From contig MWMI01000001.1 of assembly GCA_003568775.1 (NCBI GenBank), positions 90,001 through 122,000 of the forward strand: a stretch of 32,000 nucleotides of DNA, in the 5' to 3' direction. This document shows, one piece after another, positions 1-10,785 of this stretch. The DNA is from Candidatus Nanoclepta minutus (GTDB lineage Archaea > Nanobdellota > Nanobdellia > Nanobdellales > Nanobdellaceae). Made by a program: the position numbers and the translations under genes. The stretch's first letter is position 1. The number at the start of each line of letters is the position of its first letter. The notes under the pieces are model-generated. The model made no database searches. It was not told the origin of the DNA and worked only from the letters and a program-made list of their open reading frames with translations.

Positions 1-1
1 G

Positions 2-418
2 GGGATATTAAAGGCTTATTATGATTATATTGTTATGGATGTTCCAAACGATTTGAATTTAATGCTTTCTCTTGAGAAATATGTAGATTTAATATTTTTA
101 GTTCTAACCCCTGAAATCTTTTCGATATTCTCAAACTTATACCTTTATAGGATACTGGAAAAGAATAAAGTTAGGATTTTGGTAAACAGAGTACAAAATA
201 TAGACGATATAAAGATGATAGAGAGAGAGTTTGGAAGGGTTTCCGCTATAATACATTATAATAAGGACTTCCTGAGATCTTCCTATCTGAAGGTTCCCTT
301 ACCTTTTATGAAGAAGAAGGGAAAAGCTTTGGATGAGATAGACGAATTAGCTAGTATTATTACTGGTGAGAGGAAGAGAAAGAGTATATTGGAAAAGATA
401 GTATCATTCTTCTTATGA
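2..418 (+). CDS. ParA/MinD-family P-loop ATPase, C-terminal part; the 5' end lies outside the window
   Basis: The frame is open from base 2 and reads GILKAYYDYIVMDVPN..., upstream of the track ORF at 35..418. YDYIVMDVP and LVLTPEIFS match the MinD/ParA pattern hDhhhhDxP...TPE. The Walker A region is not in the window. The stop overlaps the next ATG (ATGA at 415-418). Confidence 0.7.
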   Translation, partial: GILKAYYDYIVMDVPNDLNLMLSLEKYVDLIFLVLTPEIFSIFSNLYLYRILEKNKVRILVNRVQNIDDIKMIEREFGRVSAIIHYNKDFLRSSYLKVPLPFMKKKGKALDEIDELASIITGERKRKSILEKIVSFFL

Positions 419-2082
419 AACTATTCGAGGAATCTTGGGAAGTATGCAATAAAGTAGGTGGTATATATACTGTTTTATCAACTAAAGCCAAATATTTAGT
501 TGAAAAGTATGGTAAAGATTACTTTTTGATAGGTCCTTTCGTTAAGAATAATATAGAATATGTTGAAGAACCCCTTCCAAGTTTTCTGGAAAAGGTTTAT
601 ACGGACCTATCCAATATGGGGATTAAGGTACATTATGGATATTGGAACATAGATGGAAAGCCTCAAGTTATTCTCGTAGATTTCTATGATTTCTTCAAGA
701 AAGAGATAAACTATTGGAAGTATAAATATTGGGAGTGGTATAGGATAGATTCTTTAGGTTCGGATTATACTTATGATGAACCTTTTTCCTGGTCTGTTGC
801 GGTTGGGATCCTTTTAGAAGAATTAGATAAGGTTTTTCCAGAAAAAAAGGTATTACATGCTCATGAGTGGTTAAGCGGTGGGACAATCCTTTATTTAAAG
901 GCAAAAGGTTTGGGTTATAGGACCATATTCACCATCCACGGTACAGTATTGGGTAGGAGCCTATCATCTAGGAACATAGACGTTATAGAAACCTTGAACA
1001 GGATAAATCCGGATCAAGAAGCTTATTCCATGAGAGTACACTATAAGCATCAAATGGAAAAAAATGCAGTTAAACATTCAGATATATTTACTACAGTTTC
1101 TCCAATATTAGCTAAGGAATCCGAAGTCTTTTTGGGAAAAAGTCCAGATAGAATAATCTATAACGCAATATTATCTAAGGATAGGGATATATACAAGGAT
1201 TATCTATTTGCTAGAAGATGGTTAGAGGAGTTTGTGGTATGGTATTTCTTTCCATACTATTATATAGACCTTAAGAATACCTTCTTCATGTATACTATTG
1301 GAAGATACGAGTATTACAATAAAGGTCTGGATTTGGTGATAAAGATTGCTAAAAGACTAAACGAAGAGAACATTGGAAAGAACATTATATTCTTTATATT
1401 CGTTCCTACGGGAGTTACTGGAATATATAGGAACGTTATAAGGTTATACAGTAGCTATAGATTATTAAAGGAGATTTTAGAGAAGGAAAAAACGGAGATA
1501 GTTGGATCAATTCTAAGGGAGGATTATAGCAAGATAAGGAAGATATTTGAGGAGGTCTTACCAAAGATATCTAAAGGAAACAAGCCAGACATAATTACCC
1601 ATGAGTTATTTGATAAGAACGATTTAATTTATAATGAACTACAGAAGGCGGGCTTAGATAATGAAGAATCGGATAGAGTAAAAATAATATATGCCCCCGT
1701 ATATATAGGACAAGATATAATATTCGATCTACCTAAGGAAAAGATCCTACCAGGTTTCGACTTAGGGATATTCCTATCAAGATACGAGCCTTTTGGGTAT
1801 ACGGCACTTGAGAGTTTATACTATGGTGTCCCGATAGTACTTTCGAATAGAACGGGATTCGCTCTATCTCTGGATTATTATAATTTAAAGAGCGATTATA
1901 TTTGTTTAGTTGATGTAAAAAACATCGATAATGAAGAAGAAAAAATTATAGAATTTATAAGGAATTTATCATCTTTAGATCCTGCTAGAATTTTAGATAT
2001 AAGGAAAGAGCTCTATAATATATCCAAGTTTTATGATTGGAGTAGCAGGATATTGGATTATATATCCCTGTATGAAAGTTAA
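415..2082 (+). CDS. Glycogen (starch) synthase of the eukaryote-like GT3 type
   Basis: The N-terminus FEESWEVCNKVGGIYTVLSTKA closely resembles the GT3 glycogen synthase signature (E-V-x-N-K-V-G-G-I-Y-T-V). SRYEPFGYTALES matches the YEPWGYTPxE region. The 555-aa length fits. Family assignment is from memory of the family, not from a search. Confidence 0.8.
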   Translation: MKLFEESWEVCNKVGGIYTVLSTKAKYLVEKYGKDYFLIGPFVKNNIEYVEEPLPSFLEKVYTDLSNMGIKVHYGYWNIDGKPQVILVDFYDFFKKEINYWKYKYWEWYRIDSLGSDYTYDEPFSWSVAVGILLEELDKVFPEKKVLHAHEWLSGGTILYLKAKGLGYRTIFTIHGTVLGRSLSSRNIDVIETLNRINPDQEAYSMRVHYKHQMEKNAVKHSDIFTTVSPILAKESEVFLGKSPDRIIYNAILSKDRDIYKDYLFARRWLEEFVVWYFFPYYYIDLKNTFFMYTIGRYEYYNKGLDLVIKIAKRLNEENIGKNIIFFIFVPTGVTGIYRNVIRLYSSYRLLKEILEKEKTEIVGSILREDYSKIRKIFEEVLPKISKGNKPDIITHELFDKNDLIYNELQKAGLDNEESDRVKIIYAPVYIGQDIIFDLPKEKILPGFDLGIFLSRYEPFGYTALESLYYGVPIVLSNRTGFALSLDYYNLKSDYICLVDVKNIDNEEEKIIEFIRNLSSLDPARILDIRKELYNISKFYDWSSRILDYISLYES

Positions 2083-2107
2083 AAATTCATAGAGATACTA
2101 TATATTT

Positions 2108-2683
2108 ATGGTATCATTTGGGGAGTTTATTATAAATTTATTCGAGAAGATAGGTTTATATTACGTCTTTTCAGCGATATTTATATTTACAATCGTATAT
2201 GTATTATTTTCAGCCTTTTTAAAGATCTTCCTTAAGGATACTTTTAATGATAAGCAGATTAACGTAATTTCTTCAATATTTGGTTTTGTAACAGCTATTC
2301 TTTCAATTAGTATTTATGAAGTAGCAAAGTTATTGTCTTATTTCCTGAGTTTTATGATATTCATGATTTTAGCGATTTTATTTACCTTTATTGTTATAAT
2401 GTTTGCCTTAGAGAAAAAACCTACTCTTTCAGATTCTAACTTAAGGAACGTTTTTATAGCAGCACTATCCTTTGTAGTAGCTTTCATATTCATCTCCTTC
2501 TATTTTGCATATGAGAACTATATACTACCTATAGCTTATGGGGGCGGTGAGGGTGGTATTATGGAGATCTTTAGGTACGTATTGAAGCCAGAGATAATAG
2601 TAATACCTTTCCTATTTGCTATTTTAGGTATATCTATTATGTCTATATCTACAGGTACAACACCTGGGAAAGAGAAGAAATAA
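2108..2683 (+). CDS. Hypothetical polytopic membrane protein (191 aa)
   Basis: Long ORF in the same orientation, 25 nt after the glycogen synthase gene. It has several hydrophobic segments rich in I/F/L/S and a GGGEGG loop. I recognise no family. Confidence 0.5.
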   Translation: MVSFGEFIINLFEKIGLYYVFSAIFIFTIVYVLFSAFLKIFLKDTFNDKQINVISSIFGFVTAILSISIYEVAKLLSYFLSFMIFMILAILFTFIVIMFALEKKPTLSDSNLRNVFIAALSFVVAFIFISFYFAYENYILPIAYGGGEGGIMEIFRYVLKPEIIVIPFLFAILGISIMSISTGTTPGKEKK

Positions 2684-2687
2684 GGGA

Positions 2688-3362
2688 TTACTTGAGCTCT
2701 TTTATTTCTGCCGAACCTTTACTTAGTTTTGAAACATCAGATAAAAATTCACCAGATATCCCCACAGGTACCTCAAAAGTTCCATACCAAGAATCGTCAT
2801 ACCTTTCTTCAATTATTTTATATTTCCTTTTTAATATACCCAATATTCCTACAGATTCAAGTGGTATTTTTACAATATACTTCTTGAACTCTATTTTTAT
2901 TGGATATTTTTTCTTTAATTCCTTAATTATTTCATCTGCTTGTATTTCAGCAGGTTTAAATGGATCTATGTTATACTTAATGGATTTTAACATTTCCTCC
3001 AGCCTTTGATATGTAAAGGGTGCGTTTATCCTAGGATCAACGGATACCCTCCTAATATAATCGATTATTTGTCTCTCTTTTTCCTCAATAAGTTTTCTCT
3101 TATATTCCGTTGTTATCTGTATTTCTCCTTCTTTTAATATTATTTTTGCAATTTCTTCTATATTATCTGTACCGAATACCTGTTTTAAAGTATTTGAAGA
3201 TACCCTTTCTCCCTTTTTAGCATCCTTAAATACTTCCTTAATCTCTAAAACTTCATCTATGTTCTTTATTTTCCCTTCTCTAAATTCTAACGCCTTTTCT
3301 AATTTTACATATATCTCAAAATTTTGTCCTTTTTTAGAATATCTAGCTATTACTACGCTCAT
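2688..3362 (-). CDS. SBDS/Sdo1-family ribosome maturation protein
   Basis: ARYSKKGQNFEIYV...VFKDAKKGERVS...QVFGTDN is typical of the SBDS N-terminal (FYSH) domain. It sits directly downstream of psmA, as in the archaeal exosome superoperon, with a 4-nt overlap. Confidence 0.9.
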   Translation of the reverse strand: MSVVIARYSKKGQNFEIYVKLEKALEFREGKIKNIDEVLEIKEVFKDAKKGERVSSNTLKQVFGTDNIEEIAKIILKEGEIQITTEYKRKLIEEKERQIIDYIRRVSVDPRINAPFTYQRLEEMLKSIKYNIDPFKPAEIQADEIIKELKKKYPIKIEFKKYIVKIPLESVGILGILKRKYKIIEERYDDSWYGTFEVPVGISGEFLSDVSKLSKGSAEIKELK

Positions 3363-4081
3363 AAATACTTCTCAATCTCTTTACCTTCCACAATCACTGG
3401 CTTTTCCCCTACTCTGATGTATCCTACTATAACCCTATCGATGGTAAACTTATCCTGAAGGGCCTCTTTTAATAGTTTTATACCGAACTTTATGGCTTCT
3501 TCTATGCTTATATTAGGTTTATATTCTTCCTCTAACCTCTTCATGATGTTATCTTCTCCCTCCCCAATAGCGATTGCATAATACTGATAGTAAATACCAG
3601 AAGGATCCATTGAATATAACTTTGGTACGTTATCGTTATCAATTCCGGCTATTATTAAAGAAATACCGAATGGTCTCACGCCACTATACCTTGTATAATA
3701 CTGCATAATGTTGCTAACTTCCCGTATAAGTGATAGCAAGTCTATCTTATTGCCGTAATCGATCCTATGTTGTTGAGCTATTTCTCTCGCAACATCCATC
3801 AATACCCTTCCATCGGCCATATAACCGGCAAAGGTTGATATTATATGGTCATCTATTAGCATTATCTTCTCTATAGAGTCCCCAACTATTAGCTTATTCG
3901 GTAATCTTTTGTCTGCAATTATTACAACACCATCTTTAGCTTTTAGTCCAATTGCTGTAGAACCAGATTTAGCAGCTCTTTTTGCATACTCTACTTGTAG
4001 GATCCTACCTTCCGGGGAAAATATTGTTATTGCTCTATCGTATCCCATAGATGGATAAGGAACTTCTATATCCATAATCAT
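3359..4081 (-). CDS. psmA: Proteasome alpha subunit
   Basis: YDRAITIFSPEGRILQVEYA is the alpha-subunit signature. The 240-aa length fits. Confidence 0.95.
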   Translation of the reverse strand: MIMDIEVPYPSMGYDRAITIFSPEGRILQVEYAKRAAKSGSTAIGLKAKDGVVIIADKRLPNKLIVGDSIEKIMLIDDHIISTFAGYMADGRVLMDVAREIAQQHRIDYGNKIDLLSLIREVSNIMQYYTRYSGVRPFGISLIIAGIDNDNVPKLYSMDPSGIYYQYYAIAIGEGEDNIMKRLEEEYKPNISIEEAIKFGIKLLKEALQDKFTIDRVIVGYIRVGEKPVIVEGKEIEKYL

Positions 4082-4365
4082 TAAACTCTATCAATGTTTA
4101 AAAAATATTTTTTATATTCTTTGATTGTCCTAAAGATACTTTTTACACTTACCTTAAGCAAGTAAAGTATGAATATGAACTTGTAAAGGTTCTTTTTATT
4201 AACTGAGAATAAGATTTGATCCTTTTCTTTCTTTATTACCTTTATATTTGCTTTTAAAAAATCAAATAAGCCAAAAAAATAAATATATTTTTCTCTTATT
4301 TTATCCTCTATGTCTGTTCCTTCTACTAGTACATACCTCTTTTTTATCCTATAAGTTGCAGTCAA
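4081..4365 (-). CDS. rnp2: Probable RNase P protein component 2 (Pop5/Rpp14 family), short form
   Basis: KKRYVLVE near the N-terminus and FFGLFDF...ILFSVNKKN resemble the Pop5 pattern (KRYIxF...lfG...giirc.r). The position immediately upstream of psmA matches the conserved Pop5-PsmA-SBDS order. The sequence is divergent and only 94 aa. Confidence 0.5.
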   Translation of the reverse strand: MTATYRIKKRYVLVEGTDIEDKIREKYIYFFGLFDFLKANIKVIKKEKDQILFSVNKKNLYKFIFILYLLKVSVKSIFRTIKEYKKYFLNIDRV

Positions 4366-4366
4366 A

Positions 4367-5299
<933 letters not shown>

Positions 5300-5321
5300 A
5301 AAAATTTTTTAAATTTAATCC

Positions 5322-5329
5322 TTAAAAAA
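5322..5329 (-). promoter_or_regulatory. TATA-like box for the tfb operon
   Basis: The minus strand reads TTTTTTAA, centred about 26 nt upstream of the tfb ATG at 5299. This spacing recurs at other genes in the window. Confidence 0.4.
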
Positions 5330-5429
5330 TTAACTTTTTAAAATATTCTCAGAAAGAACTTTACAGATAGGTAAAAAAAGATTGGAAAAACATTAATAAA
5401 GTTATTTGTAGAAAAATATCATAGTATAG

Positions 5430-5795
5430 ATGAAGAGGGTCGTAGGAAAACATGCCTATGGAAACCTCTACGATATAGATCAGGAGATAGCAGGAGACGA
5501 GGAAAAATTGAAAGAAATTGTTATAAATGCAGTTAAAGAGGCTAATGCCAGGTTATGGGAAGTAAAATCTTGGAAGTTTGGTGGAGAAAAGGGAGGAGTG
5601 TCTGTAATAGCATTGGTTTTAGAGAGCCATATTGCCATCCATACATGGCTGGAATATAGATACGCTACTGTAGATATTTATACATGCGGGGAACATACGG
5701 ATCCTAAAAAGGCCTTCGATTATGTAGTATCTCAACTAAAACCAAAGTATTATACATATAATTATGCAGACAGAAGCAGCTTTAGAATAGAGTAA
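5430..5795 (+). CDS. speH: S-adenosylmethionine decarboxylase proenzyme (pyruvoyl-dependent, SpeH type)
   Basis: [11 protein letters not shown] contains the E-S self-cleavage site and the HTW motif. DIYTCG is conserved. The 121-aa size fits. Confidence 0.85.
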   Translation: MKRVVGKHAYGNLYDIDQEIAGDEEKLKEIVINAVKEANARLWEVKSWKFGGEKGGVSVIALVLESHIAIHTWLEYRYATVDIYTCGEHTDPKKAFDYVVSQLKPKYYTYNYADRSSFRIE

Positions 5796-6048
5796 CTAGA
5801 GACTTTACTAGTAAATAGCAAGCAAATACTATAGCAATGTAATGAAGGTTGAATAAGTTAGAAAGAAAACTAATTAAATCCAAAAAATTTAATAGATTTA
5901 CGAAACTAAAGAAATTTTTGTATGATAGGAATATGAATACTATTGTTTTTATTAGGAATATATACTGGAAAATGTATAGGAAACTTATCTTCCAGAATAC
6001 ATATATTGAGAAGAGGAGATCGATTAGGTTCAGTAACTTATACATCAC
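5782..6048 (-). CDS. Possible small hydrophobic protein (88 aa); the ORF is questionable
   Basis: Its start overlaps the stop of the upstream 262-aa membrane ORF (ATGA-type junction at 6045-6048), which suggests coupling. The composition is low-complexity and AT-driven, and I see no homology. Confidence 0.3.
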   Translation of the reverse strand: MMYKLLNLIDLLFSIYVFWKISFLYIFQYIFLIKTIVFIFLSYKNFFSFVNLLNFLDLISFLSNLFNLHYIAIVFACYLLVKSLVTLF

Positions 6049-6833
6049 ACGGTTTCTGCATACTTCCTAAGCCATACTATTGAATAGGTTATTAGAGAAA
6101 GTATTATTACGAGTATAGGATTTAAGAAAATAGAGAGGAATGGTAAGAAGAGTAGGGTTATTGAAGAGGCTATTAGGAAAGGATTTTTTGTATAAATAAA
6201 GTTGTCTCCTATTGATATACTCTTAAACGAGTATTTCATCTTTTCAGAAATTAGTGGAATGAGGAAGAAACAGATTGGTAATATGGAAGTAATAGTATAA
6301 TATAGGAGGAATTTAAACATGTATTCCAATATTCCTTCGATTATCAAAGATAGAGAAGAAAGGTATTTAATTATCGAGAATATAATCCAAGTGATCAATG
6401 TTCCTAAGAATATTATCTTCGTTTTTTCTTCGAAAGATACATCTATGTTCTTTGATTTTCCTATTCTCCTACTTTCTATTATAATGGTATTGAGGGATAG
6501 GAGTATTGGGATGGCATACCCTGATGATAGAAAACCAAAGAGAAGGGTTAATAGATAACTCAGGTTCACAGTTTTTTTACTGGTTACAATTTCCTTTTTG
6601 AAATAGTCATATTTCTTTATTTCCTTTTCTATCTCTATTAAGCTAAAATCGGGAAGGATACCATAGTAAAAAGAAACGATCCTGTATACGTATAAGATCA
6701 ATAAATACGATATTATACTCGATAGGAAGGAAAAGAGGAGGTTATAGATACCTATTAGTAACGTATCATACTTATTAAAGGATAGGAAGAATGCTATTAT
6801 AAATAGGTAGATTAGCATTTTCTTATTTATCAT
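6045..6833 (-). CDS. Hypothetical polytopic membrane protein (262 aa)
   Basis: Long ORF with multiple hydrophobic segments separated by lysine-rich loops. It has no HExxH or other catalytic motif that I recognise. It is divergent from lonB. Confidence 0.55.
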   Translation of the reverse strand: MINKKMLIYLFIIAFFLSFNKYDTLLIGIYNLLFSFLSSIISYLLILYVYRIVSFYYGILPDFSLIEIEKEIKKYDYFKKEIVTSKKTVNLSYLLTLLFGFLSSGYAIPILLSLNTIIIESRRIGKSKNIDVSFEEKTKIIFLGTLITWIIFSIIKYLSSLSLIIEGILEYMFKFLLYYTITSILPICFFLIPLISEKMKYSFKSISIGDNFIYTKNPFLIASSITLLFLPFLSIFLNPILVIILSLITYSIVWLRKYAETV

Positions 6834-6857
6834 AATATCTAATACGTTTCCTTTTAC

Positions 6858-6865
6858 TTTATATA
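6858..6865. promoter_or_regulatory. Central TATA-like element in the 59-bp divergent spacer between the membrane ORF and lonB
   Basis: TTTATATA is followed by a T-run. It lies about 31 nt from the lonB ATG (6893) and about 29 nt from the minus-strand ATG (6833). Confidence 0.35.
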
Positions 6866-6892
6866 TTTTTTACCGGAAATAATACATACTAT

Positions 6893-8728
6893 ATGACAAT
6901 CGATATCAATAAGATACTGAATTTCAAAACGACGGAAGAGATAGAGGTTTCGGATAGAATAATAGATCAAATTATTGGACAAGATCATGCTATTGAAATT
7001 ATAAAAAAGGCTGCTAAGCAAAGGAGACATTTATTATTGATAGGGGATCCAGGAACTGGAAAATCTATGGTTGCTCAGGCATTGGTAGAAATATTGTCAG
7101 AAGATAGAGATTTAGTAAGTAATTTACAGGATATATTAGCATTTCCGAATCCAAAGGACGAATATCAGCCGATTATTGTTTCTGTTCCAGCAGGTCAGGG
7201 TGAGAAAATTATAGAGGAAGCTAGAAAGAGGGAAGAGAATAAAGTAAAGGGTTTAAAGTTCTATTATTTTTTAATACTGCTAATCGCTATCTTAACACCG
7301 TGGTATTTCTATAGTATAGGCAATTATATAATGGCTGCAGCAACTTTTATAGGAACTATGATACTGTTTGCTGGATTATCCCTTTCCTTTCAGGCTTTAC
7401 AGAAGCAGATCTATAAGTTTATCCCAAAGTTATTGGTAGATAATAAAGGAAGGAGGTCCGTTCCGTTTGTTGATGCTACGGGAGCCCATGAGGGTATGCT
7501 GTTTGGGGATGTACTCCACGATCCTTTTCAGTCTGGAGGATTAGAGACTCCAGCCCATCAGAGGGTAATTCCTGGTGCTATACACAAGGCAAATGGCGGT
7601 GTCCTATTCGTTGATGAGATAGGAACGTTGAGACCAGAAGTACAGATAGAGCTACTTACTGTACTACAAGAAAAGAAGTATCCTATATATGGAAGATCAG
7701 AAAGAAGTGCTGGATCGATGGTTAGAACGACCCCTGCTCCTGCAGATTTTGTTTTAGTAGCAGCTGGTAATATAGAAACTTTAAAGAGGATACATCCAGC
7801 TCTGAGATCTAGAATAAGGGGTTATGGATACGAGATCTTGATGAACAATGAGATAGAATATAACGAAGAGAACATAAAGAAGTTTGCAAGATTTGTAGCT
7901 CAAGAAGTAAAAAAAGATGAAAAAATACCACATTTTACAAAGGAAGCAGTTATAGAAATAATAAAAGAAGCTCAGAGGAGGTCTGGTAGCAAGAAATATT
8001 TAACTTTGAGGTTAAGAGATCTTGGGGGATTAGTAAGATTAGCTGGGGATATAGCTAAATCAAATGGTAAAAGATACGTTGATCTGGAGGATGTATTAGA
8101 AGCAAAGAAGTTAGCTGCTACATTAGAAGAAAAATTAGTTAAAGATTACATAAAGAAGAGGAAGGAATATAGCGTTATTAGGACTTCTGGATATGAAGTT
8201 GGGAGGGTTAATGGTTTAGCGGTTATAGGGTCTAGGATATTCTATTCCGGTATTGTTCTACCGTTAGAAGCAGAAGTTGTTCCTGGTAAAGGAAGGGGAA
8301 GGATAATTGCTACGGGTAACTTAGGAAAGATAGCAAAGGAGGCGATAATTAACGTATCAACGGTAGTTAAAAAATTATTTAATGAAGATTTAAAGAAATA
8401 TGATGTTCATGTACAGTTTTTACAAACATATGAAGGAGTTGAAGGAGATTCCGCATCTATTGCGGTAGCAACTGCAATAATATCTGCATTAAAGAATTGG
8501 AAGATAAGGCAGGATCTCGCAATGACAGGTTCTCTATCTATAAGGGGAGAAGTTTTAGCAGTTGGTGGGATAATAGCAAAGGTAGAAGCAGCAATAGAGG
8601 CAGGACTAAAAGAAGTCATTATACCTAAGGCAAATTTAGATGATGTACCAGAAGATCTGTTTGAAAAAATTAAAGTAACCCCAGTTGAAAGTATAGACGA
8701 TGTAATAAAAGTAGCAGTTTCAAAATAA
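6893..8728 (+). CDS. lonB: Archaeal membrane-bound Lon protease (LonB)
   Basis: Walker [10 protein letters not shown] hydrophobic two-helix insert ([17 protein letters not shown]...[10 protein letters not shown]) lies inside the AAA+ module. The C-terminal protease domain has catalytic Ser in EGDSASIA and Lys in IIAKVEAA. Confidence 0.95.
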   Translation: MTIDINKILNFKTTEEIEVSDRIIDQIIGQDHAIEIIKKAAKQRRHLLLIGDPGTGKSMVAQALVEILSEDRDLVSNLQDILAFPNPKDEYQPIIVSVPAGQGEKIIEEARKREENKVKGLKFYYFLILLIAILTPWYFYSIGNYIMAAATFIGTMILFAGLSLSFQALQKQIYKFIPKLLVDNKGRRSVPFVDATGAHEGMLFGDVLHDPFQSGGLETPAHQRVIPGAIHKANGGVLFVDEIGTLRPEVQIELLTVLQEKKYPIYGRSERSAGSMVRTTPAPADFVLVAAGNIETLKRIHPALRSRIRGYGYEILMNNEIEYNEENIKKFARFVAQEVKKDEKIPHFTKEAVIEIIKEAQRRSGSKKYLTLRLRDLGGLVRLAGDIAKSNGKRYVDLEDVLEAKKLAATLEEKLVKDYIKKRKEYSVIRTSGYEVGRVNGLAVIGSRIFYSGIVLPLEAEVVPGKGRGRIIATGNLGKIAKEAIINVSTVVKKLFNEDLKKYDVHVQFLQTYEGVEGDSASIAVATAIISALKNWKIRQDLAMTGSLSIRGEVLAVGGIIAKVEAAIEAGLKEVIIPKANLDDVPEDLFEKIKVTPVESIDDVIKVAVSK

Positions 8729-8730
8729 AA

Positions 8731-10755
8731 TTATATGTTATTTGGCCTTTTTGATAGATATATTGGAGAATATAGTGGTCTAAATGGATAATCTTTTGTT
8801 TTTTCCTTTATTTCATTTATCAGAACATCTAATTTTACTTTTAATCTTTCTCCATCTCTTTTTCTTATGTTTATAGTACCTTCTCTTTCTTCTTCCTCTC
8901 CTATAACTACTATGTATGGTACCCATAATCTTTCAGCCTCCATGATCTTTTTTCCTACAGAAATATTCCTATCATCAATTTCTACCCTTATCTTATTATC
9001 TTCTAGTATTTTTGCTATTTTTTCAGAATAATCTAAGTTTCTTTCAGATACTGGTATTATCCTAACTTGTACAGGAGAGAGCCACAGAGGTAACTCTGGT
9101 TTATCTTTTCTCATCGCAGAATCGAATACAGCATATAAATACCTTTCTATGGATCCTATTATTGCATTATGCAATATTATTACATAATTCTCCTTTCCTT
9201 GTTCATCAAAGTACTTTATTTTAAACCTCTTCCCATTACCTATGTCTATCTGTGTAGTACCTATTTCTCTAACCCTTCCATTAACGTCTATTATGTTGTA
9301 TTCTATATTAGTTATCCAATACCTTGCATCCGATGGGGGATAGAGGCATATTAATACAGGTTTATTGACGTCTCTAACTATGTTTTCTATTATCCATTTA
9401 TAGTTTTCATACATCTCTGGAGATCCGAAGTTGAATAGTAATTCATAATCTTCTCCAATTTTTCTTATTTCTTCCATTATCTTCTTATGCATATAGAAGA
9501 ATAGATCCTTTGCCTCGTTTATATCCTTACAAAAAACATGTAAATCTGGCATCGTAAACTTCCTCAACCTGAACCCTAATAACAGTTCTCCAGGTTGTTC
9601 AAACCTATATGAATCTGCGATCTCTAGCATACCGAAGGGTAAGTTCTTGTAGGATATTACAAGGTCCTTTGCAATTGAAAACTGTTGAAAGCATGCAGCA
9701 TACCTCAATACGTACTTTGATTTATCAGTTGTAAGCTCATACATCCTTTCACCGAATAGTTTTGCATGTTGGGATACAGGACCTTTCTCTAAATCGAACA
9801 TGTTTGCACCTTTTATAGTAAATACTGGTATCTTCAAACTTCTTGCTATGCTAATAGAGTAATCTGCTACTAAGTCCACCATTAGAGCCGCATAAGGTTT
9901 ATACCTCATATGACCGTAATCTGAATATTCTTCCCATTCAAATCCAAACTTTTCTAGCGCTTCTCTTATCGGATTTTCCTTACTCTCTCCGTATTCTTTT
10001 CCTAAAGCCTCTTTTTCAACTAATATCCTAAATTCTTTAGATAATTCGTTTTTATCTATCTTTTCGTTACCTATTATTTTTATTTCTGGATTGCATATAG
10101 AGTTTGGTTCGTAATTCTTAATAACATCGTCCCATTTTATTACTTCTATTTCATCCCCCAGATCTTTTGTTATTAAATACTCTCTTCCATCCGGAAATAG
10201 TATTATATACCTTTTGATCAGTTTTTCTTTTTCCTTTACTTTCTCTTCTTTGACCTTGATGATAATATTATCGTCTTCCTTATAGAATTCATACGGAACC
10301 CCCAAGACCTTTAGGGTATCAAGTAAGTAGTCTGTGGGATCTAGGGTAGTGTATATGTTCCTTGAGAGTTCTGCTAACGGGTGACCTTTTACCTTAATTT
10401 CAAAGGATTTATACCATCCGAAAGGTGCTCTGAAGACTTCAAAGCCTTCGTCTTTTAGTAAATCTGCTATTTCCTTTATTATTATTAGACTACCTTCGGG
10501 ATCCTTTGGAAACCTTGTTAAATGAACGTAAGGATATAAAACAACCCTTTTTATTTTTAGACTATCACTAACATTTTTTATATTTTCTACTGCTTTTCTT
10601 GCAGTTTCTATATTATCGTATTTTTCAACAGATATAAAACAAACTAAACAGTCTTCAATATACATCTCTTTCATTTCTATTTCTTCAGCCTCTTCAATGG
10701 CTTTTTTTGTTGGTATTACCTTTAGATAGTCTGAATGTAAAAACAATATTTTCAT
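8731..10755 (-). CDS. thrS: Threonyl-tRNA synthetase with the archaeal-type N-terminal editing domain
   Basis: MKILFLHSDYLKV... is typical of the archaeal ThrRS editing domain. It is followed by a class II core (YRFEQPGEL, FRLRKFTMPD) and a C-terminal anticodon-binding domain (QVRIIPVSE). Confidence 0.9.
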   Translation of the reverse strand: MKILFLHSDYLKVIPTKKAIEEAEEIEMKEMYIEDCLVCFISVEKYDNIETARKAVENIKNVSDSLKIKRVVLYPYVHLTRFPKDPEGSLIIIKEIADLLKDEGFEVFRAPFGWYKSFEIKVKGHPLAELSRNIYTTLDPTDYLLDTLKVLGVPYEFYKEDDNIIIKVKEEKVKEKEKLIKRYIILFPDGREYLITKDLGDEIEVIKWDDVIKNYEPNSICNPEIKIIGNEKIDKNELSKEFRILVEKEALGKEYGESKENPIREALEKFGFEWEEYSDYGHMRYKPYAALMVDLVADYSISIARSLKIPVFTIKGANMFDLEKGPVSQHAKLFGERMYELTTDKSKYVLRYAACFQQFSIAKDLVISYKNLPFGMLEIADSYRFEQPGELLLGFRLRKFTMPDLHVFCKDINEAKDLFFYMHKKIMEEIRKIGEDYELLFNFGSPEMYENYKWIIENIVRDVNKPVLICLYPPSDARYWITNIEYNIIDVNGRVREIGTTQIDIGNGKRFKIKYFDEQGKENYVIILHNAIIGSIERYLYAVFDSAMRKDKPELPLWLSPVQVRIIPVSERNLDYSEKIAKILEDNKIRVEIDDRNISVGKKIMEAERLWVPYIVVIGEEEEREGTINIRKRDGERLKVKLDVLINEIKEKTKDYPFRPLYSPIYLSKRPNNI

Positions 10756-10775
10756 AATTAATAATTAAAAAATCC

Positions 10776-10785
10776 TTTTTAAATT
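10776..10785. promoter_or_regulatory. Single near-symmetric TATA-like element shared by divergent thrS and rps24e
   Basis: TTTTTAAATT is centred about 27 nt from the rps24e ATG (10807) and about 25 nt from the thrS ATG (10755), in a 51-bp spacer. Confidence 0.4.

Noticed and set aside
695-904. Minus-strand 69-aa ORF inside the glycogen synthase gene
   Set aside because: It is a shadow ORF antisense to a well-supported CDS, with no recognisable motif.
2692-3009. Plus-strand 105-aa ORF antisense to SBDS
   Set aside because: It is a shadow ORF; the opposite strand encodes a clearly conserved SBDS protein.
5796-6044. A possible ncRNA (tRNA or C/D-box sRNA) in the roughly 250-nt stretch between speH and the 262-aa membrane ORF
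   Set aside because: The stretch is as AT-rich as its surroundings. It has no G+C-rich stems, as structural RNAs of an AT-rich thermophile-like genome would show. I found no RUGAUGA/CUGA box pair on either strand.
5849-6070. Plus-strand 73-aa ORF ([17 protein letters not shown]...)
   Set aside because: It is a lysine/asparagine-rich translation of AT-rich sequence with no promoter spacing or homology. It lies antisense to the coupled minus-strand ORF and overlaps the end of the 262-aa gene.
6319-6558. Plus-strand 79-aa ORF antisense to the 262-aa membrane ORF
   Set aside because: It is shorter than the ORF it opposes, embedded within it, and has no motif.
8407-9354. ORFs 8407-8619 (-) and 9169-9354 (+), antisense to lonB and thrS
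   Set aside because: They are shadow ORFs within highly conserved genes.
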